64,000 bases of DNA. It comes from an uncultured delta proteobacterium (lineage in GTDB: Bacteria > Myxococcota_A > Polyangia > Polyangiales > Polyangiaceae). The notes beneath the pieces were generated by a model, which was not told where the DNA came from, did no database searches, and saw nothing but the letters and a program-made list of their open reading frames with translations. Location of the stretch: positions 1,152,001 through 1,216,000 of the forward strand of contig CAVOKF010000007.1 of assembly GCA_963696385.1 (NCBI GenBank). Reading direction: 5' to 3'. A program made the position numbers and the translations under genes. Of this stretch, positions 20,982 to 30,198 are shown piece by piece; position 1 is the stretch's first letter, and the number at the start of each line of letters is the position of its first letter.

Positions 20982-23663
20982 ATGGCCGCGGAGCAAACGA
21001 TTCACCTCGACCGCTACGCGCCCGACGCGAAGGCGCTTGTCGCGGGGGCGCAAGGGCTGGCCGACGATCGGAAGCACGCCCAGGTCGAGCCGATTCATTT
21101 GCTCGCTCGCGCCATCGAACGAGATCGCGGGGTCCAAGAGGTCTTTCGGCGCGCGGGCGCCGACCCGGCTGACCTGTCCGTGGAGACCGAGTCCGCGCTT
21201 GGGCGCATCAACAGGACCACCGCCGGCCTCGCCTATTTGTCGAACGCCATGCTCCAGCTTCTCAGCCGAGCGGAGAAGGAAGCGGACGCCAGGACGGTCG
21301 AGGTCGAGCACCTGTTGAATGCGCTCTCACAAGAGATCCGCGGTTCCGCAGCGGTCGTGCTGCAAGCCTTCGGTCTGGGGCCCGGAAGCCTGCGCCCTCA
21401 CATGGCTGCATTGAGAAGCGTCCCGCGTGAGGCGACCGCGACGTCCGCCGCCGGCGGCACCGCCGAAGTGCTCTCGCGCTTCACTCACGATCTCGTCGAG
21501 CGAGCTCGACAGGGCGGGTTCGACCCGGTCATCGGGCGCGACGTCGAAGTGCGCCGGCTGCTGCAGATCCTCGAACGACGGCAGAAAAACCATCCCCTTT
21601 TGGTCGGAGAAGCCGGCGTCGGCAAGACCGCTATCGTCGGCGCTCTGGCCATGCGCCTCGCGGCCGGCGAGGTACCCGAAAGTCTCGCCACACTGAGCTT
21701 GCTGGAGCTTGGAACAGGACTCCTGGTCGCCGGAGCAAAGTTGCGCGGCGAGATCGAAGAGCGCTTGCGCCAGGTGCTCTCCGCCGTCTCGGCGGCGCCG
21801 AGTCGCGCGGTCGAAGATCCGTCCTCGCGGTCCTCCCAGGGCGATCCGGCAGGCCGCGCGGCGTCGGCGTCTTCCTTCGGCCGAAGAGACACGCTTCTCT
21901 ACATCAACGGCATCGACTCGTTGCTGGGTCAGGGAGCCGCGGGCAGCGGCGTCGGTGACTTGCTCAAGCCGATGCTGGCGCGCGGCGAAGTGCGGATCCT
22001 TGCGTCGACGACCCTCGACGGCGCGCGAAAGATGCAGGAGCGCGACCCCGGATTGCTCCGCAGGTTCAGCGTCCTTTCGATTGAAGCGCCGTTGCTCGAG
22101 CCAGCCATCGAGATTCTTCGCGGAATCGCCTCGAAATACGAGGCACACCACAAGGTGCAGATCGGGGAAGGGGCCATCGAGGCCGCGGTCCGCCTCGCCA
22201 AGCGCTACCTGCAGGACCGCGCCCTACCCGACGCGGCGATCGATCTGCTGGACGAAACGGCGGCGCGCAAGCGCGTCGAGATCGACGGGGTCCCCGCGAA
22301 GGTGGACGAGGCGATTCGCCGTCTAGCGTCGCTCAAGGCGCAGACGGCGTCGCTCGCCGGAGACACCGACGCGTTGAGCGTCAAGACGCGCGATCGACTC
22401 GAAAAGGAGATGCGCGCGCTCGAACCCGTGGTCAGCGAGATGCGGGCCAAACTCGACTCGCGCCGGGGAGCGATGGCCGCATTCGCCACGTTGCGCGGCG
22501 AAGAGCAGCGTCTTCAGGACGAGATCCGCCAGGCCCGTCAGACGCAGGCCTTCGCCCGGCTCGGCGAACTCGAGCACGTTCAACTCCCCGACGTCCAGCG
22601 CCGGCTGGAAGCGGCGGGCACGGCCGTGGGTCGCGAGGCACCGAGCGGCGTGTCGAACGTCGTGACCGAGGAAGACGTGGCCGTCGTCCTCGGCGAGTGG
22701 ACGGGCATCCCCGTGAGCAAGATGCTCGAGGCAGAAAGCGACAAACTGCTCAAAATGGAATCGCGGCTCGCCGAGCGTGTCGTGGGGCAAGACGAGGCGG
22801 TCCGCGCCGTGTCGCGAGCGGTTCGCCGCGGCCGCGTCGGACTGCGTGATCCTGGAAAACCGATCGGCTCCTTTCTTTTTCTCGGCCCGAGCGGCGTCGG
22901 CAAGACCGAGCTCGCGAAAGCGCTCGCCGAGTTCTTGTTCGACGACGAGCAGTCCCTGACTCGACTCGACATGAGCGAGTTCATGGAAAAGCACATGGCG
23001 CAGCGCCTCGTCGGAGCGCCGCCCGGGTACGTCGACAGTGAAGAGGGCGGATTTCTCACCGAGGCCGTGAGGCGGCGACCTTACAGTGTGCTTCTCTTCG
23101 ACGAGGTCGAAAAGGCGCACTCGGACGTATTCAACTTGCTTCTCCAGGTACTCGACGACGGACGGCTCACCGACGGGCGGGGGCGCACCGCGAATTTCTC
23201 GAACACGGTCGTCATCATGACGAGCAACGTCGGAAGCAAGCGTCTGCTCGAAACCGACCCGAAGCTTTTCGGCACGCCCGAAGGACTCGAGGCGTTGCGG
23301 GAGGTGCTGCAAGAGGAGTTACGCGCTTTCCTGAAACCCGAGTTTCTCAACCGCATCGACGACGTCGTCCTCTTCCGCCCCTTGTCGAAGGCGGACTTGC
23401 GCGGAATCGTCGACATTCAGCTGCGCCACCTCGACAAGCTGATGAGTTACCGGGAGCTCAAGATGCAGCTGACGGAGGCGGCAAAAAACAAACTCGTCGA
23501 CCTCGGCTACGAGCCGGCGTTTGGGGCACGACCGCTCAAGCGCGCCATCCTCAAGAAATTGCAGGATCCGCTTGCGGAAGAGATTTTGCGCGGCGAGCAC
23601 CCACCCGCGACCATCGTCAAGGTGGATCTGAACGGGGACGATTTCGTGTTTGCCAAAGGCTGA
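20982..23663 (+). CDS. clpB: ClpB-like AAA+ chaperone with degenerate first ATPase domain
   Basis: Clp N-domain, DPVIGR, GEAGVGKT, coiled-coil M domain, GPSGVGKT, GAPPGYV, FDEVEKAH, GARPLKR. Confidence 0.9.
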   Translation: MAAEQTIHLDRYAPDAKALVAGAQGLADDRKHAQVEPIHLLARAIERDRGVQEVFRRAGADPADLSVETESALGRINRTTAGLAYLSNAMLQLLSRAEKEADARTVEVEHLLNALSQEIRGSAAVVLQAFGLGPGSLRPHMAALRSVPREATATSAAGGTAEVLSRFTHDLVERARQGGFDPVIGRDVEVRRLLQILERRQKNHPLLVGEAGVGKTAIVGALAMRLAAGEVPESLATLSLLELGTGLLVAGAKLRGEIEERLRQVLSAVSAAPSRAVEDPSSRSSQGDPAGRAASASSFGRRDTLLYINGIDSLLGQGAAGSGVGDLLKPMLARGEVRILASTTLDGARKMQERDPGLLRRFSVLSIEAPLLEPAIEILRGIASKYEAHHKVQIGEGAIEAAVRLAKRYLQDRALPDAAIDLLDETAARKRVEIDGVPAKVDEAIRRLASLKAQTASLAGDTDALSVKTRDRLEKEMRALEPVVSEMRAKLDSRRGAMAAFATLRGEEQRLQDEIRQARQTQAFARLGELEHVQLPDVQRRLEAAGTAVGREAPSGVSNVVTEEDVAVVLGEWTGIPVSKMLEAESDKLLKMESRLAERVVGQDEAVRAVSRAVRRGRVGLRDPGKPIGSFLFLGPSGVGKTELAKALAEFLFDDEQSLTRLDMSEFMEKHMAQRLVGAPPGYVDSEEGGFLTEAVRRRPYSVLLFDEVEKAHSDVFNLLLQVLDDGRLTDGRGRTANFSNTVVIMTSNVGSKRLLETDPKLFGTPEGLEALREVLQEELRAFLKPEFLNRIDDVVLFRPLSKADLRGIVDIQLRHLDKLMSYRELKMQLTEAAKNKLVDLGYEPAFGARPLKRAILKKLQDPLAEEILRGEHPPATIVKVDLNGDDFVFAKG

Positions 23664-23668
23664 GGCAC

Positions 23669-25156
23669 ATGCACGTTCATCTCATCGGGGTATCCGGTAC
23701 CGGGATGGGCGCGCTCGCCGCTTTGCTGCGTGCAGCGGGCGACGATGTAAGCGGATCGGATGTCGCGTTCGACCCCCCCGTCGGTCCGACACTCGAGGCG
23801 ATCGGCGTGCGCTGCTTTCAGGGATACGACGCGGCGCACTTGTCGCCGAAGCCCGATTGGACCGTCGTCGGAAATGCGATCCGCCGCAACAATCCGGAAG
23901 CGCTGGCGCTCGAAAGGCTGGACCTGCCGCGTGGCTCGATGTCGGCGACGCTGCGCGTCCGCTTCTTGGCCCAAAGGCGGCCGCTCGTCGTGGCAGGCAC
24001 CCATGGCAAGACGACCACGAGTGCCATGTGCGCGTGGATCCTGTCCGGTGCGGGACTCGATCCTGGTTGGTTCATCGGCGGGGTTCCGAAAGGCTTGGCC
24101 GGTGGCGCGGCCATCGGCTCGACGCGTGTGCGACCCGATCATGGGCGCGCTCCGTTCGTCGTCGAGGGCGACGAATACGACTCAGTCTATTGGCACAAAC
24201 GGCCCAAGTTTCTCGATTACATGGGTGTGTCGCACGACGACGTGGCCATCGTTACGAGCGTGGAGCACGATCACGTCGACATCTACCCGGACGTCGCGTC
24301 GTACGAGGACACGTTTGTCCAATTGGTGCGTTCCGTCCCGCCGGGCGGCCTCGTCGTCTGCGATGCAGCGGACGCACGCGCTCGTTCGATCGTCGTCCGC
24401 GAGGCCAGGTCGCGCGTGACCTGGTACGCGCTCGATGGGGACGATACCGGCGAAGTAACGCCCGTCTGGCTCGGCTCACCGGCTGCGAGCTTGCCCGGCG
24501 GCCTGCAGACGTTCGACTTGTTCGCAGCGGGCGTTTCGTGTGGACGCTACACCTTGCGCGTTCCGGGCCGTCACAACATACGGAACTCCATCGCGGCCAT
24601 AGCGGCCTGCGCGGAGGGGTTCCGCGTAGGTGAACGAGAGGCCCGCACGTGCCTCGCTTCCTTCGAGGGCGTGCTCAGGCGGCAGGAGTTGCTCGGCGAG
24701 CCCGGAGGCGTACGGGTCTACGACGACTTCGCCCATCATCCGACGGCCGTCGATGCGACGCTTCGCGCATTGCGCAGCCGCCACGCGAGCGGGGCCCTCT
24801 GGGTGGCGTTCGAGCCTCGGAGCGCGACGGCGTGCCGCGCGCTGCACCAAGAAGCCTACGCGCGGGCCTTCGATGTCGCCGATCACGTCCTTTTGGCCCC
24901 TCCGGCACGCACCGCGATCCCCGAGGGCGAGCGTCTCGACGTCGGGCGATTGGTCCGTGAGCTCGGCGCGAAGGCTCGTGCCATCGGCGGGACCGGCGCG
25001 GTCGACGCCATCGCATCGCACCTGGCGAACAACGTGCGCCCGGGTGACACGATCGCGCTGCTGTCGAACGGGACGTTCGGCGGCATTCATCGCAAGATTC
25101 TCACGCTGCTCGCCGAAAGCGAACACGCCCAACCTGACAGGTACGACGATGGCTGA
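23669..25156 (+). CDS. mpl: Murein peptide ligase
   Basis: IGVSGTGMG, AGTHGKTTTS, VEGDEYDS, DHVDIY, RRQE, DDFAHHPTA, FEPRS. Confidence 0.92.
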   Translation: MHVHLIGVSGTGMGALAALLRAAGDDVSGSDVAFDPPVGPTLEAIGVRCFQGYDAAHLSPKPDWTVVGNAIRRNNPEALALERLDLPRGSMSATLRVRFLAQRRPLVVAGTHGKTTTSAMCAWILSGAGLDPGWFIGGVPKGLAGGAAIGSTRVRPDHGRAPFVVEGDEYDSVYWHKRPKFLDYMGVSHDDVAIVTSVEHDHVDIYPDVASYEDTFVQLVRSVPPGGLVVCDAADARARSIVVREARSRVTWYALDGDDTGEVTPVWLGSPAASLPGGLQTFDLFAAGVSCGRYTLRVPGRHNIRNSIAAIAACAEGFRVGEREARTCLASFEGVLRRQELLGEPGGVRVYDDFAHHPTAVDATLRALRSRHASGALWVAFEPRSATACRALHQEAYARAFDVADHVLLAPPARTAIPEGERLDVGRLVRELGAKARAIGGTGAVDAIASHLANNVRPGDTIALLSNGTFGGIHRKILTLLAESEHAQPDRYDDG

Positions 25157-25955
25157 CGGTTCTCTGGACGCGTCTGGACTGGTGCAACTGGCGCTCGGAG
25201 CGGCACGGGCCGCGGGGGAGGTCGCGCGCAAGGGCTGGCGCAAGCACCCGGCCACGTCTCACAAGGGACGCATCGATCTGGTGACTCAGTTCGATCTCGA
25301 CAGCGAAGCGCTCTTGCGCGAGCGACTCTCGGCGGCGTCATTCCCGATCGTCGGCGAAGAGGCGGGCGGACGGCGAGCGGACGGCCCGGATGCCCCGACG
25401 TGGTACGTCGATCCGATCGATGGCACGACCAATTTCGTGCACGGTCACCCGTTCTGGTGCGTGTCGGTGGGCCTCGCGGAGGGGGGCCGCCCGGTGCTGG
25501 GCGTGGTCGTCGCGCCGTCGCTGGGCGTCGAATGGGTGGGGGTCGCCGGGCAAGGCGCGACACGCAACGGGGAACCGTGCGGCATCAGCTCGGTGGACCG
25601 CTTCGAGGACGCGCTTTTGGCCACCGGCTTTCCCTACGATCGCCACACGAGCGCGGACAACAACTTCGACGCGTTCGTGGCCATCAAAGCGAAGTGCCAA
25701 GCCGTCCGCCGCTGCGGCTCTGCGGCCATGGACCTTTGCCTCGTGGCCGACGGCACATACGACGGATATTGGGAGAAAAAAGTCAAGCCGTGGGACATCG
25801 CCGCAGGCAGCGCGATCGTCCTCGCGGCGGGTGGTCGGGTGACGACCTACGACGGGGCTCCAGCCGATGTCACGGCAGGCCAAGTGATCGCGACCAACGG
25901 CCGGATTCACGACAGGCTCATCGCAGAGCTCGGCGCGGTTCACGGCCGGCGCTAG
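25149..25955 (+). CDS. suhB: Inositol monophosphatase family protein
   Basis: DLVT, GEE, WYVDPIDGTTNFVHG, TGFPYD, RRCGSAA, PWDIAAG. Confidence 0.93.
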   Translation: MADGSLDASGLVQLALGAARAAGEVARKGWRKHPATSHKGRIDLVTQFDLDSEALLRERLSAASFPIVGEEAGGRRADGPDAPTWYVDPIDGTTNFVHGHPFWCVSVGLAEGGRPVLGVVVAPSLGVEWVGVAGQGATRNGEPCGISSVDRFEDALLATGFPYDRHTSADNNFDAFVAIKAKCQAVRRCGSAAMDLCLVADGTYDGYWEKKVKPWDIAAGSAIVLAAGGRVTTYDGAPADVTAGQVIATNGRIHDRLIAELGAVHGRR

Positions 25956-26081
25956 GAGCCGGGGGGTCCGTTCCGAGAAGTCGCGCGAATCCACAAGTGC
26001 CCTGGTTCTTCCGGGATGGGCCACGAGCAAAACCGCGGGAGCGGCTGTGGGGGTACGTGTCGGATCCCCGGAAAAACAAGG

Positions 26082-26648
26082 CTAGGAAGCCGATTCTCGG
26101 CGGGCGCTGCTGAGCGCTGCGTGGGCCCCGCCCAACTTGGCCAATGCCGTCTCGCATTCGTCGGCGATGAGCTTGTGACCCGTCCGCATTGCGGCCGCAC
26201 GCGCTCGCTCGTATTCCGCGCGCGCCGCATCGGTTCTGCCGCGACGGTGCAGCAGCTTCGCAAGCAACGCGCCACCCCCCACGAGCTCCCAGACGAACTC
26301 CTTGCTCTCCGCGTAGGCCAACCCCTGGACGAGCAGTTTGTCGGCGTCTGCCGCCCCCTGCATCCCGTCGAGGTAGGCGAGAAACATGCGGTTATGGTTG
26401 GCGAGGCGCTCGTAGCCATGTTCCTCGCACATCGCGAGCGATTCTCGAAATGCCTGAACCGCTCGGGGCGCGTCGTCGAGTTGCACCAGGGCCACGCCGA
26501 GGTTGTGCAAATTGAGCATCGCCTCGTGCGTCAGGCCCATTTCGCGGCTCATGTCGATGGCCATTTCGCTATGCAAAACCGCCGATCGAAAGTCGCGAGT
26601 CAAAAGGTCGACCACCGACCGGACGTTCACGCGCTCGAGAGCGGCCAT
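26082..26648 (-). CDS. TPR-like helical C-terminal segment, in frame with the upstream kinase
   Basis: Starts at the ATG immediately after the kinase TGA; TPR pattern LHNLGVALVQL..AVQAFRESL. Confidence 0.7.
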   Translation of the reverse strand: MAALERVNVRSVVDLLTRDFRSAVLHSEMAIDMSREMGLTHEAMLNLHNLGVALVQLDDAPRAVQAFRESLAMCEEHGYERLANHNRMFLAYLDGMQGAADADKLLVQGLAYAESKEFVWELVGGGALLAKLLHRRGRTDAARAEYERARAAAMRTGHKLIADECETALAKLGGAHAALSSARRESAS

Positions 26649-29600
26649 TCAATCGTCGGGCAACGCATGCTCGGCCTCGCCGAGCCTTGCCACGGCCCCG
26701 ATTCGATCGCCGACACCGGCGCTCGCCTGGGCCAGATGCAGCGCCACGCGATGTTTCTCCCGCTCGTCTGCGAGCGTCGGAGCGAGGTTTCGCAGCTCGT
26801 CGAGCAACTGCGCCGCCCGTCGTAGATCGCCGCGATTGGTGGCCAAGTCGGCGCCCGCGATCAGGACTGGAACCATGAGCTGCGGATCCGTCCCAGCCAG
26901 CGCTCGCGCGTCGTCGAGACGGCGACGGGCTTGATCCATCAGTTGAACCGCGGTGAGCAGCTGCCCCGCTGCGACGTGGGCACGCACCCGGACTCGACGG
27001 TCCTGAGCTTGGTCCACGCGCTCGATGACGCGCCGGCACAGCTCGGGCGCCTCGGGACAGGAGCGGACCAGGCGCACGGCCGCCGCCAGCCCGGCGAGCC
27101 ACGCTGCGAGCTCCTCGGGAGTCCTCGTCACGACGTCTGCGAGAACGATGGCCCGAGCGTAGTCGCGCGCGGCAGCATCGAGCTGGCGCGTTTCGAGACG
27201 GCGCTCACCGCTCTTCGCGAAATACGTCGCGGCGCGCTCGCGATCGCCGGCTTCGTACAGATGGCCCGCGATACGAGCGGCTTGCTCCCACGCGCGTGCG
27301 CCGAGCGTGCTCTCGAGTGCTTGACCCGCAGCCGCGTGCATCTCGCGAGCCGCTTCCGGGGTCAACGCGTCGGCGACAATCTCCGGCACGATCGGCGAGG
27401 TAAATCGCAGCTCGCTCGGCCCTCGGTCGACCACGAAATGATGGGCCTTCAACGTAGCAATCGAACGCTCGAGCGAGGGCATCGCCCGGCCGAGCATGCT
27501 CGACAAGACGTTGACGTCAATCGGGTCGCGGAGCACCGACGCCGCCTGCAGCATCGCCCGGTCATCGGGGCTCAACCGGGAGACGCGAGACGCCACCAGA
27601 CCGCGCAGCGTCTTCGGCAGGGCCAGATCCTGGCCGACCAGATTCATCTCGACGACGCGCCGTTCCTCCACCGTGACCGCGCCGGCGTCGACCAGGCCCT
27701 TGATGACCTCCTCGACGAACAGCGGATGGCCCCCGGCGCGAGCCCGGACGAAGCGCAGAATCTCGTCGGAGACGCTGTCGACGCCGAGACGCATGGCGAC
27801 GAGCCGCTCGACTTCCGGCGCGGCAAGATCGCCGAGGTCGATGGCGACGTGACCGTTGGTCCTTTCGAGCGGATGCGAAAACCCGGCACGCGCCGCGAAG
27901 AGGAACACGAGACGCGCCTGCCGCAGTCGGCGGAGCACCTCTTCGAGTAGAGCGAAGCTCTCCTCGTCCATCGCATGGGCCACGTCCCACGCGAACGTGT
28001 GGGGGCGGTCTTCGCAAAGGCTCTGCACCATACGCACGAACGCCTGACGCAGCGGCGCGTTGCCGTCCCCCGTCGCGGCAGGAACGTTCGCGCCGAGAAC
28101 GGTGAGGACGGCGTTCACCTCGTCGGCGTCCAGCCCGAGCGCGCGCAGGCGCGGCTGTACGGCCAGGATGCGATCGTTGGCGTCACCCTCGTTCGTACCG
28201 CACAGCACCTGCAGCATGCTGACGATGCCGGAAAGCGGAAAATCGTTGCCGCGCGGGGGGCACGACGCGGTGTGGAAGCCGACGTTGTAACCGCCTTTCC
28301 GCAGGCGCCGCTCCACCTCGTAAAGAAGACGGGTCTTGCCGACGCCATTGTCGCCGCGAATCGTGATGACTCGCGACGTGCGCTTCGTCGCGGCCGCGAG
28401 GACCTCGCCGACGCGACGGAGCTCGTCTTTGCGTCCTACGAAGCGCCCGTACGTTTCAGCGGGGCCTCGCAGGGCCTTTACGAGAACGGAGGCGACGTGC
28501 GTCTGCTGGTCGCTCTCGGTAATCGGTTCGAATTCGAAGAGGGCGCGGACTTGCCTCATCGCGTGCGTGCTGATGGCCGCCTGACCGTCGCGTACGCGCG
28601 CGAGCTCGCGCGCGGTGTCGAAGAGCGCGCCCATCCGATCGTCTTCCGTGGGTTCCCCCGACGCGGAGATATGGATCCGTCCGATGTGCAATCCCGCCCC
28701 CGGTGCGCGCGACGCGTCGAGACTGCGCAGCGCGACGAGCGCGCATCGCGTGGCCATCTCGGTGTCGCGACCGTCGGGGTCCCCGAGACCGAAGAGCGCT
28801 GCGACGTGACCCGCCTCGCGACGTGTTACGCGGCCACCCCACCGCTCGATGACGTGGGCCGCTTTGTCGACGACGTGGTCCGGAGTCTCGCGAGGCAGTT
28901 CGAGTACGAGTGCCGTGACTTCGCGGCGCTCCCCCAAGTCGATGGCGCGCTCGATCGCGGCGAGACCCGAGCCCCGATCCAGGCGAACGCTCGCCGCTCG
29001 ACGCGTCGCGGGAATCTCGACCGGAGTCCGTTCGACGCGGGGATTGGCCGCATCCGCTTCGAGCATCGGATCGCGGCCGGCGGCGCTCGTGCTCGCCTCC
29101 ATCGAATCGCGGAAGCGCGACAGAAACTCGGCGAGCTCGTGGGCGCCGTAGCGACTGCCTTGCGTGTAGAGAAACGCGAGGAGAGCCTCGTACAGGCGTC
29201 CCGCATCGGGATACCGATCGTCGGGGTGCTTCGCCATCGCGATTTTCAGGATCCCAACGAGCTCCGGCGGCACTTCCGGGCGCAGCAGCTCGACCGGGGG
29301 GTACTCGCAGGCCTGGACTCGGCGCAGCGTTTCGAACGTGGTCGGTCCGCTGAACGGGTTTACCCCCGCGACGCACTCGTAAAGGATGGTACCGAGCGAG
29401 AAGAGGTCACTGCGGGCATCGACCGATTCGCCCTGCGCCTGCTCGGGGCTCATGTATCCGAACTTGCCTTGCAGGGCGCGCGCATGAGTGTCCTCGTGAC
29501 CCGACCGGTCGAGGGCGCCTCGCGCCTTGGCGATGCCGAAATCGGTGACTTTGACTTCGCCTTCGAACGAGAGAAGGACATTCTGTGGCGAGACGTCGCG

Positions 29601-30056
29601 GTGCACGATACCAAGCGGCCGCATTTGTTCGTCGCGGCGGCGGTGAGCGTGATCGAGCCCCTTGGCCACTTCGGAAGCGACGTAGGCCCCCAGCTGAATG
29701 GGCAAGCCGCCTTGAGACCGGCGGGAGCGCCCGAGGACACTCGCCAAATCGAGGCCCTGCACGTACTCCATGGCCATGTAGTAGGCGTCCGACCCGACGC
29801 CCCCCTCGCCCCCCGATGCCTTGCCTAGGTCGAAGACCTGCACGATGTTCGCGTGAGACAGCCGGACGGCGAGCTTTGCCTCGTGAACGAACATGTCCAC
29901 GAATTCCTGACTGCGCGCGAGCTCAGGCAGGATCCGCTTGATGACGAGAATTTTCTCGAAGCCTTCGACTCCGTAGCTCTTCGCTTTGAAGACCTCCGCC
30001 ATGCCCCCCTGCCCGAGCCTCTCGAGCAGGCGATAGCGACCGAATGCCGCGTTCAC
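26649..30056 (-). CDS. Ser/Thr protein kinase fused to a cyclase-like domain, STAND/AAA ATPase and TPR region
   Basis: LGQGGMAEVF, VIKRI, VHRDVSPQN, DFGIAK, YMSPEQ; FVGRKDEL..GDNGVGKT; GGHPLFVEE. Confidence 0.92.
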   Translation of the reverse strand: MNAAFGRYRLLERLGQGGMAEVFKAKSYGVEGFEKILVIKRILPELARSQEFVDMFVHEAKLAVRLSHANIVQVFDLGKASGGEGGVGSDAYYMAMEYVQGLDLASVLGRSRRSQGGLPIQLGAYVASEVAKGLDHAHRRRDEQMRPLGIVHRDVSPQNVLLSFEGEVKVTDFGIAKARGALDRSGHEDTHARALQGKFGYMSPEQAQGESVDARSDLFSLGTILYECVAGVNPFSGPTTFETLRRVQACEYPPVELLRPEVPPELVGILKIAMAKHPDDRYPDAGRLYEALLAFLYTQGSRYGAHELAEFLSRFRDSMEASTSAAGRDPMLEADAANPRVERTPVEIPATRRAASVRLDRGSGLAAIERAIDLGERREVTALVLELPRETPDHVVDKAAHVIERWGGRVTRREAGHVAALFGLGDPDGRDTEMATRCALVALRSLDASRAPGAGLHIGRIHISASGEPTEDDRMGALFDTARELARVRDGQAAISTHAMRQVRALFEFEPITESDQQTHVASVLVKALRGPAETYGRFVGRKDELRRVGEVLAAATKRTSRVITIRGDNGVGKTRLLYEVERRLRKGGYNVGFHTASCPPRGNDFPLSGIVSMLQVLCGTNEGDANDRILAVQPRLRALGLDADEVNAVLTVLGANVPAATGDGNAPLRQAFVRMVQSLCEDRPHTFAWDVAHAMDEESFALLEEVLRRLRQARLVFLFAARAGFSHPLERTNGHVAIDLGDLAAPEVERLVAMRLGVDSVSDEILRFVRARAGGHPLFVEEVIKGLVDAGAVTVEERRVVEMNLVGQDLALPKTLRGLVASRVSRLSPDDRAMLQAASVLRDPIDVNVLSSMLGRAMPSLERSIATLKAHHFVVDRGPSELRFTSPIVPEIVADALTPEAAREMHAAAGQALESTLGARAWEQAARIAGHLYEAGDRERAATYFAKSGERRLETRQLDAAARDYARAIVLADVVTRTPEELAAWLAGLAAAVRLVRSCPEAPELCRRVIERVDQAQDRRVRVRAHVAAGQLLTAVQLMDQARRRLDDARALAGTDPQLMVPVLIAGADLATNRGDLRRAAQLLDELRNLAPTLADEREKHRVALHLAQASAGVGDRIGAVARLGEAEHALPDD

Positions 30057-30198
30057 TTCGTTTCGCTCCGGAGTCGCTAAGCGCGGGTGGTGTCCTCCGC
30101 CCGTCGTCGCCTCGTCGGCGGCGCATGAGCTCGGGCTTTTGCTCGCCCCAATGGCTTAGGACGCTATCACCTCCGAGAGACCGGTGCGAGGCTCGGGG

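Noticed and set aside
26649..26651. Selenocysteine codon in the kinase
   Set aside because: The position is in a helical TPR-like linker, not a redox Cys motif; no convincing SECIS-like hairpin or sel genes seen.
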